DNA of 58,804 nt, counting the filler, from Catajapyx aquilonaris (Eukaryota): assembly GCA_000934665.2 (NCBI GenBank). It is 2 parts of 2 records of this genome, joined end to end, with 100 filler letters (N's around TTAATTAATTAA, not from the genome) between each part and the next. Parts side by side here need not be neighbours in the genome. Positions count along the whole stretch, not along the records: positions 1 to 29,186 come from JYFJ02004826.1; 1 more part is not named here. One strand, given 5' to 3'. Under the pieces are notes generated by a model, which saw nothing but the letters and a program-made list of their open reading frames with translations, was not told where the DNA came from and did no database searches. Of this stretch, positions 1 to 13,244 are shown in pieces. The position numbers and the translations under genes are program-made. The stretch's first letter is position 1. Every line of letters begins with the position of its first letter.

Positions 1-220
1 ACAAGGGCATGCCACACTTCTCCTGTGGCGCGGGGGAGCGCCCGTCTGTGATTGGCCGGATAGAAGAGCCATGTTCCTCTGGCCAGACGTTTGTTTCAGA
101 AAAAGGAAGGGAGCAAAATGGACAAGATGGAGTCCTGATTATTAAGAGACTCTTTTTATTAGGGGAACTCGTCGCAGCCCTTCTCTCCCTTGCCTTTGGT
201 AGAAACCAAGGGATCTAGGG

Positions 221-3200
221 ATGTCGTCGATTCATTTCGTGGTCCATCCCTTGCCTGGGACGGACGACCAGCTTAGCGAACGGTCAGTTCTTGTTGTGTT
301 CTATTTGGAATGCGTGTGGTTGGGTTGATGATGATGATGAAACAAGAGGGGAAAAGGGGAAAGGCAATTTCGAATAATGGGAAAGGAACTGCCCTACACA
401 TCAGTTTTTGGGGGGCCGAGGGAGCGGCACTGTTGGATTGACATACACATTGCACCGTTCTTGGCACCATCTTTATATACCGTACATTTTTAAAAAAAAT
501 AATGGGGCAAAATTACACCATCCCTTGACTGGATGGCTGCTAACACAACAGGCGAAGAGTAATTAATATCATTGCGCCCTGGACGATTAGCTCGTTTGGC
601 GGAGAGAGCGTACCAACTTTAACAAAAAAAAAAAATGGTTACATGAGCCTCCCAACAGGTGAAGAGTATGCAGAACCTTTTTACTCATGCGGAACCTATG
701 AAATAATCTATAATAATAAAATCCTTACGGGAGTTGGCCGATCCCTCTGATTGGTCCGCCGCATATTGTTACCGCCACCTCCCCATTGGCCTGCGTTCTA
801 CTCATGCGCAATGGGGGTGTAAACAACTCCTGTTGGGTTGCCGGGGAAACTGTCCATTCCCCGGCGATATGGTGCGCCGAATAGGTACCCCAGGCCACAG
901 GCCTAGAAAAGAGCGAGCGAAGCGAGTGGTTTGCGAGAGTTTTCCTAGTATTCACATTAAAATTGTGCGGAAAACCAAACGACGATCCGACGTCATCGTC
1001 ACAACAACATGAGCAAACAGTGTCAACAAAAAAGCAGCATTGTTTACTCCTATTGTTGCGATGTTCGATCGTCGTTTCGTTTTCCGCGGTTTCGACCCGG
1101 CTCAGAAATACATTTGCCTTTATTAAACAGCCTATTCATCCCCCCTTCGCTCGTGGTACCCGGGTGATACGGAAAAGGACCACCTGTAATAAAAAGCTTG
1201 TACATCTTAAGCAAATAAAGGTACCGTGCCTATTGCCCAATTAGGGCGGTGCACTAACCCAATTAATTAATATGATGAGCCTATTCGCCACTGTTATCTG
1301 CGGAACACCGTGTTGCGCTACCCATTGCGAATCGGGTGCTCTAACCACTGAGCTACCAGGAGCGGAACAACGGTTGAGAATCAGTGGTACAATGCGGAAA
1401 ACGAAACGGCGATCTGACGTCATCGAGGTTTCCTTTGGAAATACCCTCGCGGAACAATATGAATAAACAGTAGCAACAACAAAAACAGACGATTACCTCG
1501 GATTCGTTGTTTGGTTTCCCACACGTTGTACATTGAATGACGTCAATGTCAAAAGATATCAGCGTCAATGGGGTGGAATTTCTGTCCCAGTGCTAGTTAC
1601 TGCTAACTTAGTCGTAACCATTTCCCAACACTTGCTAAGCTAGCAGTATAAGTGGGACGAAAATTCCATCAAAAAATGTACAGTTCTGTCGCCGAAGAAT
1701 TTAAACTCGTATTTGGCCAATCCTTGCGGAGGACACGTGAAACATTTAAAACGCCAGACTCCCAGAATGGTAGGAATAAAATTGCAATCCACACTTGTAG
1801 TACGTAATCGGCCGTCCCATGGAAAAAAAAGCCGTATCTGCAAAACCGTTAAGAGTCGACTTTCCCACTCTCGAGCACTGGCAAGTCGACTCTAACGGTT
1901 ACAGCTCCTGTTCCCTTCGCAATTAGAGTCAAATGTTGCGGTCAGTAAATAACGGTTAATGTTAAGAGCTGCATTTATTTGTACGACGAATAATTATCCC
2001 TTTCATGTTCTTTGTTACCGAGAGTCGTGGCTTTAATGACAATAGCTTCATTGTTCCTGGACGTGTTTTTTTGTATGAAGGCGGACTGGACTTTGAACCT
2101 GTGTATTTATACACTGGTGGTGTCATTGCCAGACGCATTGTCATACGTTGCACTATTTGCAGTTTGAATTTCAGAGCGAGATACGACACATTTTCCTGGT
2201 TCGATTCCCAATGTCATTACTCATGTTTTGTTCTTCCAGTTTGAAGGAGGTAGCGGAGAAGATAAATCGGTTTGGATCAGTGACTCAGCCTGCGTTGTCG
2301 TCGGTGAAGTACGGTGTGGTCCAGTGCGTGGTTGGTCCGGGACACATCGCCTTCCTTCTTGAAGATGGACGTGTTTGTCGTGTGGCCTTCTCGGTCATAT
2401 CCGACCGACTCGACCTCAGCCGATCAGAGTCCAGCCAAAAAGGTGGCGGCGGTGGGAAGGGCGGCGGGGGAAGCTCGGGAAGGCAGCTCACCAGGACCAG
2501 AGGGAGGATCCTCAGAACTAATGCCATCAGAGGACGAGGAACAGGCGTCATCATGGGGTCGTCAAGACCTGTTGTTCCAGCGCAGTATGTACCGGAGGAG
2601 CTGGTCTCGCAGGTGAGTCCCCATAACAGCTGTTGCCATCCGCAAGTCTTAACATGCCATCAAATTTTTAGGCCCAGGTGGTTCTTCAGGGTAAGAGTCG
2701 GAACATAATAATCCGCGAGCTCCAACGTACCAACCTGGACGTGAACCTGGCCGTGAACAACCTGCTGTCCCGCGACGACGAGGAAGGCGAGGAAGTGGAC
2801 GACTCGCAGGACTCGTACGTCCCGGAAGACCTAATCTCGCTTCTGGATGCGGGAATTCATGCGGATCATTCTAGTGTCATAATCGATGCGGATGCCATGT
2901 TCTCCGAGGACATGTTTGGCTACTCATCTATGCGAAAGTGAGCTGAATAACATCTTTTTATGAATTTGCAACCCATGCATGTACGATATTAATATTTCAT
3001 CGTAGTAGGTCAAGCAGCAGCAGCCGTCGGCCATCGGAACGTGATCGGGAATCCGAACGTGAACGGGAACGTGAGCGCGAACGTGATTCATTTTCCCGTT
3101 GGCGTGACCGCCAGTACTTCGGTCCTCGTCGGTGGTTAGAGTCGGCTCTACGTGACTCAAGCTGGATGGACAAAGACCTGGAGAGTAAAAAGAAGGAGTT

Positions 3201-6200
3201 GGCTCAACAAAGCCCGCTGTGGCTATCGGATGAACTGGAATTCTGGCCGACTCCATCGGGCGTATCGTCAGGCCACAAGTTCGTGCAGCTCGCATCGTTA
3301 CACTCGGAGCTAGTCGCACTTTCCGCATCAGGCCAGATCTACCAGTGGAAATGGTGCGACCCGGAGCCGTATCGTCACCCGGACAACAACATGATTCACC
3401 ATCCCCGTGCGGTTTGGTTGGGACTCTTGGGCGAGAAAGTGCTTCAAGCCAGTGCGGCCACCATACGATGCTCGGTTCTGACGGAATCGGGAAAGGTGGC
3501 CACTTGGGTCGACGAAAGCTTGGGACACGTCGCAGGGAAGCTGGAGCATTCGGCCCAAAACTTTCCGGAGTTTGCGTCGGACCGAGTTGTGCAGTTGCAT
3601 ACATGTGCGCTGTACACTGTTGCCAGAGTCGACAGTGGCGCATTGTACTGGTGGTACGTACTGTACGTAGCTGAGCCGATTCAAATTGATAATGTTTTGT
3701 TGCTTTCTTTTTAAGGGGTGTCCTGCCGTACAGCCAGCGTCGTAAGCTCTGGGAAAAGTATCGTGCCAAAGCCAAGAAGCATCGGCCGACCCCTGGCGTC
3801 CAGGAGGTCACCACCGGCAGCCAAGTTTGCATGAAGAACAGTCCGATGTACCAAGCCGGTGCAATTGGATTCACAGTCGCAAGTGGGATCCCGAAAGTCG
3901 GACAACTTCTCGGAGCCGCCTGGAATCTGACGGACACCTGCCTGTTCAAGCTGGTGCCGCCTGGACCAAGCGGAGCTTCAGCACCGCCTGAGGGACTAGT
4001 ACTTCCACCGTGCGGGGGTCCACCGAGACGCGAACCGAAAGCTGAAGGTAGCGGGAAGAGCAAAGAGACGCTAGACCGGCTGGACATGCCGCCACCGCCT
4101 TCCCCAGCAAGCAGCACTTGTAGCGACGCAGGAAGCATAACCAGTCCGGTACTCTCGTCTTCCCGCCGAACGAAGCGTCCGGCTCCAAAGGACGAACCGG
4201 ACAAGAAAGACGAAGAGGAATGGCCGTTAAAGGACGTGGTGTTCGTCGAGGACGTCAAGAACATACCGGTCGGACGAGTATTAAAAGTGGATGGAGCGTA
4301 CGCAGCTGTCAGATTCCCGTCCGCACCAGGGACAACCCAGCCAGTGAAGGATCCGCCACCAGAAGGAGACCCGGTTGCGCTATTGCAGGACTGCAGGTGA
4401 GCATTTATGAGCGACTAAGTGCTGAACGAATCGCTCCTGTTCATTACTTGAACTTGTCTTTTCCAGACTGGTCCGTAAAGACGATCTGCAAGTTGTTAAA
4501 TCCGGTGCTACTCCACGTGTACCAGACTGTTTCCAAAAGAGCCCCCGGAAGATAGGAATTGCGGACGCCGTCCAGATAGTTACGCTGAGTGTGGACGGGC
4601 AGGGAATACACGCAATTGTGCGGGGAGGCGGCGGCGGCACGTCTGGCGGTAGTGTCGGAGTTGCAGCCGGACCGAGCGGCGGACCGGGAGTGGCTGCACC
4701 ACCAGGGAGGCTGAGCTATGTGGTGTACAATCTGAGCACCGGAAAGGCGGAGCAGGAGAGTAACTTTCCGTCGGACACCACTGCTTTTCTCGGGATGGAT
4801 CCGCATAGTATTAGTCTAATGAGCACAGGAGAGGTGAGTTGTCGGCATGTTCATATTGGGTCGTACATTTACCAATTGTATGTGTTTTAGACGGAGTTTG
4901 TGACCATTTTGCGCGATGGCAACGGCACGCTCTATCCGCTTGTGAAGGACTGTCTGGAGGCGGTTCGTGACCCGCCGTGGCTCGACCTTCCGCCTCTTCG
5001 CTGCTTAGGACTCGGTACACATGCCCTCCCGCATGTCGGACCTTCCCAGAAGAACCAAGTGGCTGTGCTGGTGCTGGCATTAGCACCGCAGGTTCTGATG
5101 TCCCGATTGCTCCGTTGCGACCTTGAGGGCACCCGCCAGACACTGCTGGCTTTGGAGCAAGAGACCAAGACTAGCCCAATGCCGAGCTCGACACTTCAGA
5201 AGGTTTTACTGGAACGGTGCGATGGAAACCGCAATGTGATGCACGTATGCGTTTCCATGTGCGTACCGCAATCGAACAAGGAGAACGAGCAGGAATCTGG
5301 CGGGACTGGAGCCGGTCCTGGAGGGCCTGGAACTGGCGCATCATGCCCACCGCTGGAGCCAATCGACGCAATCGCATCGGCTATCAACAGCCGATCGGCC
5401 ATGAGTCTACGCGAGATGATGCGACGTGCAACCGCCGCCTCCCGCTCAACCCTGGACCGTGATGGCGCACCCGCTCCTGTCCCTGGATCCGGCTCAAATC
5501 CAGACCCATCCTCGCTTTCCGCAGATGAATCCGGAATCCCCACCTTGTCCTGGCCGCCCGAGCCGTTAGACCCGCACAGTGGCGACGAGGATTCGTTGTT
5601 GGGGCTTGCTTCGACAGGCGGTTCGAACAAACCGACAACCAGCGGATCGTCTGGAGTCGGCGGTGTTGGGATGCCTCCTGGGACGGCCTTGGTGCTGGAC
5701 CCTGCGGAGCGTCGGGCCAACGCACTAGCGGCACTGAAGCTGTTGTGCGAGAGCCCCGCACTTGCGCCGCATCTTCTGGAACTGCTGACGGCAAAGTGAG
5801 TCATGTTGTTACTGCTTATAAACTCTGTGTAATCGGAACATTTTTAGGGACGCACATGGGCACACACCGTTCATGTTGGCCGCCTCGTCCCGTGCGTATC
5901 CGGCGGCTCTGACACTTCTGGACACTGCCCAGCGAGTAGCCAAGGAGTTCTCGTCGAGCGATATTGACTCGCAGCGTCGCGCGCTTGCTTCAATGCTGTA
6001 CCCGCCCGGATCGCATCCGGACGACTCGCCCCTGCATGTTGTTTGCTGCAACGACACCTGCAGCTTCACATGGACCGGAGCTGAACACATCAACCAGGAC
6101 ATATTCGAATGCCGTACATGCGGCTTGGTCGGATCCTTATGCTGCTGTACCGAGTGTGCCCGCGTTTGCCACAAAGGCCACGACTGCAAGCTCAAGCGGA

Positions 6201-9200
6201 CCAGTCCCACCGCATATTGCGACTGTTGGGAGAAGTGCAAATGCAGGGCGCTGGTCACCGGCGGACAGGGAGCCAGATACGAACTTCTCTGCCGGCTTGT
6301 GAACGACACCGACCTTGTGACGATGCCGAACGCAAGAGGCGAGAGCATACTTCTCTTCTTGGTTCAAACGGTCGGGAGACAAGCGCTGGAGCAACGGCAA
6401 TACAGGATACCCAGGTACGTTAAGTCGCATTAATGTCCATATTGAAACATGAAATATATATTCCTCTCAGACCCAGAGCCACATCGGCTGCGTCCAGAAA
6501 AGCGGCGGCGGCAGCTGCGGCTTACGATTCCGAACCGGACATGCCCGAGCACGACTTGGAACCTCCGAGATTCAGTCGCCGCGCTTTGGAGCGGCTTCTG
6601 AACGATTGGGCCGCAGTACGCGGTATGATCATGTCCGGCGTACGTGAGGAAGTGTCCGGAACAGGCTCGTCCCATTCCAACCAGCAGCAGCCTGCTGGTC
6701 CGGTTTACGAGGAGCAGGCGTATCTCCAGAGCCAGAACGGGACGGCACTTCTGGACAAGTTCACCCACTGCCTGCTGGTCAAGTGCAGCGCAGAGGTGAC
6801 ATACGAACGATCGCCCAATGTAAAAAAATCTAAGAGCACCTGCCTTTTTTTAAAAAACTCGTTTCGTAATTAACCGCCCATTTCAGTACTAATATTGAGT
6901 CGCAATTTTGCAAAGTTAAACAGTAGTTAAAACCGAGGCTCTAAAATTTAACATGCTCGGAATAAACCTGACTAACTGTTGACGGAAATTATGATGTCCA
7001 GTGCGTTTATTCGAATGTATTTTCCGCAGGTTTTGGATACGCTGCTGACGACCCTGATTCGTGAGATCCAGAACGATTCGTCTCCTTCCCGTAAAGAGGA
7101 TGCGAAGGCGGTTGCTCGTCGGTTTATCCGCTCGGTGGCACGAATCTTCGTGGTGTTCAGCGTCGAGATGGCGCCGCATGCGTCTAAGAAAAAAGGTGGA
7201 GCCACATCCGGATCTGGATCAGTTCCGCAGCCGCTCTCGGAATGCAAGCGGGCCTTCCAAGCGCTGATCAATCTGGCTATTGAAGAGCTATGCGAGATTG
7301 CTGACTCGTTGGTGGCTCCAGTCCGACTTGGAGTTGCCAGACCGACCGCGCCGTTTGCATTGTCCAGCTCAAGTTCGGACATTATAACTGGATCTGAGGA
7401 GTTGTTCTCGGTCGAGCCGCTACAGCCGTATGCGTCGGTCGCTGTCGAGCCGCCTGCTGTCGAGGTTCCGTCAACATTGCGGCAGGTCCCGCCGCCACCC
7501 AGGCAGGATATTGAAGAGCCGCCTCCGGTTTTCCCGGCTGACGATATGGATGTTGAAGGGAGCGAACGGGATGACCCGGAGCGGTCTGAGCCGGACGGTG
7601 GGGGCGAAGGCGAAGGCGGGGATGCGGATCAGGAAGGTGAAGGCGACCCGGAAGGCGAAGGTGAAGGCGAATCGGATATGGAACTGGATCTTCTGGCGGA
7701 GACCGAAAGCGACTCGGATGACAACCAGTCCAATCAGGTTCGTTTTAAGTACGCCCCGAAATGGACAACGTAATACCAACTCTTTTCTGAAGGATAACGC
7801 CTCGGCACAACGCAGCATTCAAACGGGAGCGACGGCTGGGTCGGACGCTGGGGTTGCATCCCTTGCGCTGTTCTCGGAGGACGACTCGGCTGAATCCAGC
7901 CAGCAGGAAGACGACGACGAATCCGATGCGGGCGAAACAGACGAGCAGGATACAGAGGATTTTCCATTAGCGGACGAGCAGCTTGAGCGACGTGGCGGAT
8001 CATCATCGGCTCATGGAGGACACCGTGGCAACCTAGCACCGCAGTCGATGCAGTGGGCCATCCGCAGCCGGGACGCGAACCTCAGGTAGCCTCTTAGCCG
8101 TACACAATGTGCATGAAATAATGTGATGAATGTAGCTCAATTCCGCCTTTTTGCATTGTCATGAACATGCAGATCCACTCGTAGGTCCGGCGGAGGAAGC
8201 GGGGGCGGAGGAGGTGGCGGGGGCGGCCTTGTGTTCATCGACCCGTCTTCCCTCCGCCGCCCAGCCACCACAGCCACTGTTGCCGCAGCCGCAGCGGCCG
8301 GTCAGGAGCCGGTCACCATGGCCACAACGGCCAGCTGCCTCTCGCGGGCTTTCGGCATCGTCGTTCGGCAGATAGCGGACCTTCTCACAATGCTGCAGGA
8401 CTACCACGCACTTGCGCCGGCATTGCCCCGTACATTAGACGTGACATACCAGGAGTCCATCAACCTCCAGCTGTTCCTGGAGTACCACTTGAAACCGACG
8501 TGGGATTGGCTGTTGACGGTCATGGATTCGACTGAGGCTCAGCTGCGGTTCGGCGCGGCTTTGAGCCAGTCGGCCTACCCGTTGGCCGGGGTCGGATCAG
8601 GCGGAGGGACATATGGAAGCGGCGTATCCATTTCGATGCCAGTCGTTGCCAGCGTCGGTGGCGGAAGCAGCAGTAATGTCGGAGGCGGCGTTGGGGTCGT
8701 CAGCCGCGGTGGGAGAGTCAGGACTGTTGGGTTCGGAGGTGATGGACGAGGCGGCGGGACTGGCGGTGGCACAGGCGGCGCCGGAAGCGGCCCAGGAGTC
8801 GGCGTCGGTGTTGGAAGCAGCAGTGGCGGTGCAGGCGGTGGAGCCTCAGCCGGAACCAGTGGAGGTAGGTTCACATTCGGTGCTTTAATTAATTAAACTG
8901 ACCAAGTACATTAAATGATTAATCGTTTGGGAGCGATTGTTACGCCCCCCAAATAACGTAACCATGGCCTTTGCAGAGTAACATAAAACAGGTCGTTCAA
9001 TGAACAGACACGCACAAGTTGATTAACTTGTGTCGTCAATTAGCTAATTAGGATTGTGTGTAATGATGTTTATTGAGCGACCATGTCCCACTTTTTTTTC
9101 TGTGTGCCCCCATCCGTCAATTTGAAGCGATGACCACGGCCTCTGTTGTTCCCGGCACGCGTGCTGTGTGGGCAGTGTACTCGGGCGGTGGGGGCGGCCG

Positions 9201-12200
9201 GAGCGATGGGATCCAGCCTGGGGGCGGGGGAAGCGGAGGAGGGCCTCGCTCCACCTTGCCAGGCGGGGATCTGAGCGGAGGACGCCGGGAATTCCTGTCC
9301 TACTGCTTGTCCCTGATGCGGGCACACAACTCGGAGCATTCGGACAGCCTTCCTGTGATCGACGTTAGCAGTTTGAAGCACATTGCGTATGTGTTCGACG
9401 CTCTGATTTACTACATGCGATCGGGGACGGACGCGTCGGATACGGATGGCCGCGAACTTCAACCGGATCTGTGGAACGATCAGGATGAGAACGAGAATGA
9501 CGAACCTGAGGAGGAACCGGCCATGGAGGTCGAATCGGTGGAAGAGGAGCCACCGGCTGGTCCAGCCGCATCCGGATCGAAGGGTCGGAAGCACCCGTTT
9601 TTCCAGCGATCCGAGTCGACATTATGTTTGGGCTGCCCGCCGCCTGATCCGTTTCATACGCCCATGGGGAAAGCGCTTCCACTTGCCGACCAGCCGCATT
9701 TGCTACAACCAAACGCACGTCGCGAGGACCTCTTCGGCATACCCAGGCAGCCAGTGGCGGCCCAGGGGCAAACACAAGGGCAGTACAATCCTCTAGAGGT
9801 GCTCCCGACGAGGCTGGGGCTGTCAGTAAGAGCTGCAGATGCGACTGCGCCTCAAGCACCGCCGCATTACCATGAGACGGTGCCGCTATCGGAAGCCCTT
9901 GAGAGCTTAGCGGCTGCAACGATGGTGGCGCATCTTCCAATGCCGCCACCGCCTGAGGACGAACCGCAAGACCTTAGTATGCGCGGTGGTGGTGAAGCCG
10001 CAGAGGAGGATCCACCAGCGCCGGAACAACGCCGAGCTCCAATAATCGTCTCGCTGAAGAAAGCCAACCCAACACCGCCTCAGCCGGAAGTGCGACCGAC
10101 AAAGAGTGTGATTGTTCGTGCCCGTAAATCCGATGCTGCACCGGAAGTAATGGTCGTCGCTGTTGAAAGCACGTCTAAGGAAGAACCGGGCGATGTGTCG
10201 GCGAACGTTACTGTCGAAACGTCACGCGGGGCCAGCACCAGTGCTTCAGCGCCGCCTCCGCCACCAGCCGAACCGGCGGCTTCGACAGCAAGAGCTCCCA
10301 GCTCCATCGGGCAATCCGTATCACACGATCTGCTGCTGGGAAGGTGGAGACTCTCATTAGAACTGTTCGGACGAGTGTTTGTGGACGACGTTGGGCTTGA
10401 GCCTGGTTCGGTCATAGCGGAACTCGGCGGATTCCCCGTGAAGGAGGCGAAGTTCAGACGGGAAATGGAGCGGCTTAGAAACTCACAACAGCGGGATCTG
10501 ACGCTATCGAAAATGGATAGGGATCGTCCGCAGCTTATAGTTCAGACGTTCAAAGGTGAGTCGCATCCGGTCGTTGGCTGTCCCGTACTAACCGTTTCCA
10601 TTCCGTAGAATTGAATACGCAGTACAACAACTACCACCGTCGCACCAACGCATCGCAGCCGCCTTTGGCCGTCAACCGTGTGAAGGTGACTTTCCGTGAT
10701 GAGCCAGGAGAAGGTTCGGGTGTGGCTCGTAGCTTCTACACCGCGTTAGCCGAAGCCCTTCTTGGCGAGGAGAAGCTGCCCAGCTTGGAAGGCTGCTCCG
10801 TTGGTCCGAAGTACGCCCAGTTCAGCAGCATGCAGAGGCTGAAGCTGCGGGATCGGGAGTGCATACGACGCATCCCCCAGGTTGGTTCGCCCCCAACCTA
10901 ATTTTTTGTGTTGATCCCAAGTCCGAACCTGACCTTTCGGATGTCATACTCACATGGCGCTACACTGATTATTTTCATACATGTATTGCCATGTTTATTT
11001 GGTCCGATCCTTGGGAGTGAAAAACCAACACATTTTTTTTTTCTCCGCCTGCTGACCTCTCGAATGTTTGGGATTTTCCCCCCCTTTTTGCCTTTTCTTC
11101 CCGCCCCCCACCAGCGCTTTGCAGGCTCGAATCTCGAGGCAGTTTGTTTGTGCCGTCGGCAGGCCCACCGGTCGTCCTCGTCGTCTTCGTCATCCCAGAG
11201 ATCCAGGGAATCCAGACGCAACCTTTCGCTGGACGCACGGCCGTACTATCCGCAAGGGGAAGGAGGATCCAACGACCATCTGACGTTACATCAGCAGCAA
11301 CTGGGCGAACAGCTACATCCGAGGGTGAGTCGTCTCGTTTAATTTCGTCGCCAACGTCTAACCCTGTCTGTTTAGGTGCATTCGTTGCGTCCGTCATTGG
11401 CGTCCAAGATTACTGGGATGCTTCTTGAGCTTTCGCCGGCGCAGCTTCTTCTCCTGATGGCGTCGGAGGATTCGCTGCGGCAGCGGGTTGATGAAGCCGT
11501 CGACATCATTCTGAGCCAAGGGCGCGAGGCTGCCGTAGCCGCCGCGGCCGCAGCTGCAGCAGCCGCAGCAGCAGCCGCTGCCGCCGCAATCGCCACCTCG
11601 TCTTCCTCGACCACAACAGCCACTGGCAGCACCAACAGCGTTCCGTCAACCGCCGACTCTCTCGATGTAAGAGAAGCCGCGTTTGGCTTACTCAGCGGAA
11701 ACAAGAAGCAAGAACCGCCGAAGAACGAGGTAGTGGACGATCCTGCGGAAGAACTTGACGATTCAGCCCCGCTTTTTTATCAGCCGGGAAAGCGCGGGTT
11801 CTACTCGCCGCGACAGGGAAAAGGAAGTCCGGAGAGGCTCAATGCGTTTAGGAACGTCGGGCGGTAAGTACCGCATTGCGCTGCGGCTGAACCGTTGTAA
11901 CCGCCTTCTCCGTTTCAGACTAATGGGACTGTGCCTGCTTCAGAACGAGCTGTGTCCGATCTTTCTGAACCGACATTGCGTCAAATACATATTAGGCCGT
12001 CCTATCCGCTTCCATGATCTAGCCTTTTTCGATCCAGTCATTTACGAGAGCCTGAGGCATCTGGTCGTCGACGCGGAATCGAGCAGGGGCGATGGAGGTT
12101 CCTCCCTATTCTCCGCACTTGACCTGACCTTCAGCATTGACCTTAGCCCGGAGGAAGGCGGGGGATCAATGGAGCTGGTTCCAGGGGGCCGAGACGTTGA

Positions 12201-12840
12201 AGTTACAGCTCAGAATGTGTATGACTATGTGCGGAAATATGCAAAGTACCGGATGGTTAAAGCGCAGGAAAAGGCGCTTGAGGTAAGTCCCGCTTACGTT
12301 TGCGATTATTCGGATGTAATCAAGTTCGTTAACAGGAGCTCCGGAATGGAATATTCGATGTGTTACCGGCCGGGGCGTTGGAGGGGCTGACGGCGGAGGA
12401 TCTTCGGCTGCTACTGAACGGCGTCGGCGACATTAACGTGCAAACGCTGATATCGTACACGTCGTTCAACGACGAATCAGGCGAATCAAGCGAACGACTC
12501 GTCCGGTTCAAACGTTGGCTTTGGAACATCGTTGAAAAGATGAGCAACTTTGAGCGACAAGATCTGGTAATGTCCTCAGATTGCACATTATCGTTGCCTT
12601 GTAAATAACACTTGTGTTGTCCGGCAGGTTTACTTTTGGACTGGTTCTCCGGCTCTCCCTGCTTCGGAAGAAGGTTTCCAGCCCATGCCCAGCGTGACGA
12701 TCCGGCCTGCGGACGACGCTCATCTTCCGACGGCCAACACGTGCATCTCGAGACTTTACATCCCGCTCTACAGTTCCAAAGCGATTCTGAGACACAAGCT
12801 GCTTCTGTCCATCAAGACGAAGAGCTTCGGATTCGTCTGA
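221..12840 (+). CDS. hyd: E3 ubiquitin ligase hyd/UBR5 (EDD), about 19 coding exons
   Basis: Exon 1 at 221-282 (missed by the ORF track) encodes [21 protein letters not shown], the UBR5 N-terminus, and splices GT(283)..AG(2239) into [12 protein letters not shown]. Downstream: UBA domain ([40 protein letters not shown]), UBR-box zinc finger ([28 protein letters not shown]...CDCWEKCKC, ~6045-6245), MLLE/PABC ([33 protein letters not shown]), HECT with catalytic [10 protein letters not shown], ending [11 protein letters not shown] at 12840. Approximate exons: 221-282, 2240-2612, 2672-2937, 3006/3009-3654, 3716-4396, 4467-4833, 4891-5795, 5848-6414, 6471-6795, 7030-7737, 7793-8085, 8173-8864, 9128/9176-10556, 10609-10880, 11163-11324, 11376-11864, 11920-12282, 12336-12566, 12628-12840 (internal boundaries +/- a few nt). 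Confidence 0.97.
707..948 (+). mobile_element. Putative short non-autonomous Helitron in hyd intron 1
   Basis: A|TCTATAATAATAAA at the 5' end (707) and GAGCGAGCGAAGCGAG...CTAG|T at the 3' end (CTAG 945-948). TC...CTAG termini between A and T with no TSD match the Helitron pattern. The 3' hairpin is weak. Confidence 0.5.
964..1090. mobile_element. Small MITE-like inverted-repeat element, copy 1
   Basis: GCGGAAAACCAAACGACGATC (~967) pairs with GATCGTCGTTTCGTTTTCCGC (~1067-1088). A related copy lies at 1390-1528 and a partial arm at ~33790-33815. Confidence 0.6.
1136..1272 (+). mobile_element. 5'-truncated SINE 3' end
   Basis: CATCCCCC..TTCGCTCG.GGTACCCGGG...GGAAAAGGACCAC...GCAAATAAAGGTACCGTGCC...GTGCACTAACCCAATTA is near-identical to 55104-55230 and to the 3' tail of the minus-strand SINE at 55590-55928. 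Confidence 0.8.
1390..1528. mobile_element. Small MITE-like inverted-repeat element, copy 2
   Basis: TGCGGAAAACGAAACGGCGATCTGACGTCATCG ... CGATTACCTCGGATTCGTTGTTTGGTTTCCCACA, degenerate arms of the same family as 964-1090. Confidence 0.55.
1569..1670. mobile_element. ~100-bp palindromic MITE (GGGGTGGAATTT family), copy 1
   Basis: GGGGTGGAATTTCTGTCCCA...TGGGACGAAAATTCCATC inverted ends with internal CTAGTTACTGCTA. Same family as 31298-31405. Confidence 0.65.
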
Positions 12841-13244
12841 GTTCGGTTCGGACTAATTTGGCCCAAATTTATTGTTTTCCGTGGGTAATATTTCCAGTTC
12901 TTTCAACAGTAAAAAAAACGGGAGGCGTCGGGAGTTAGATTTTTCACGTTTATGGGGGATCCCGGTCGCAGCGACCAATTTTTTTGTTATTAATTATTAA
13001 AATATACAAATTGACTTGTTGCCACAACATCACCGAAAAATAACGAGGTGACATGACTGCAAGATTGTCTCTTCTTTTTTTTTTTGTGTAGAGTAGTAGT
13101 GTAGCCAGTAATGTTATTTGTCCCAAGTAGCTGTAATGTTAAGGAGATATGCAAAAAAAAATAAATGGAAGGAAACTTTCTCATTAATCGGAGCGTTTAT
13201 TAAATTGTACGTCGGATGACGAACATACTGCGATCACACTGCGA

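Noticed and set aside
2924..10415. Long minus-strand ORFs over hyd (e.g. 2924-4264, 446 aa; 5196-5804; 9365-9949)
   Set aside because: Antisense shadows of GC-rich hyd exons, with no recognisable domain.
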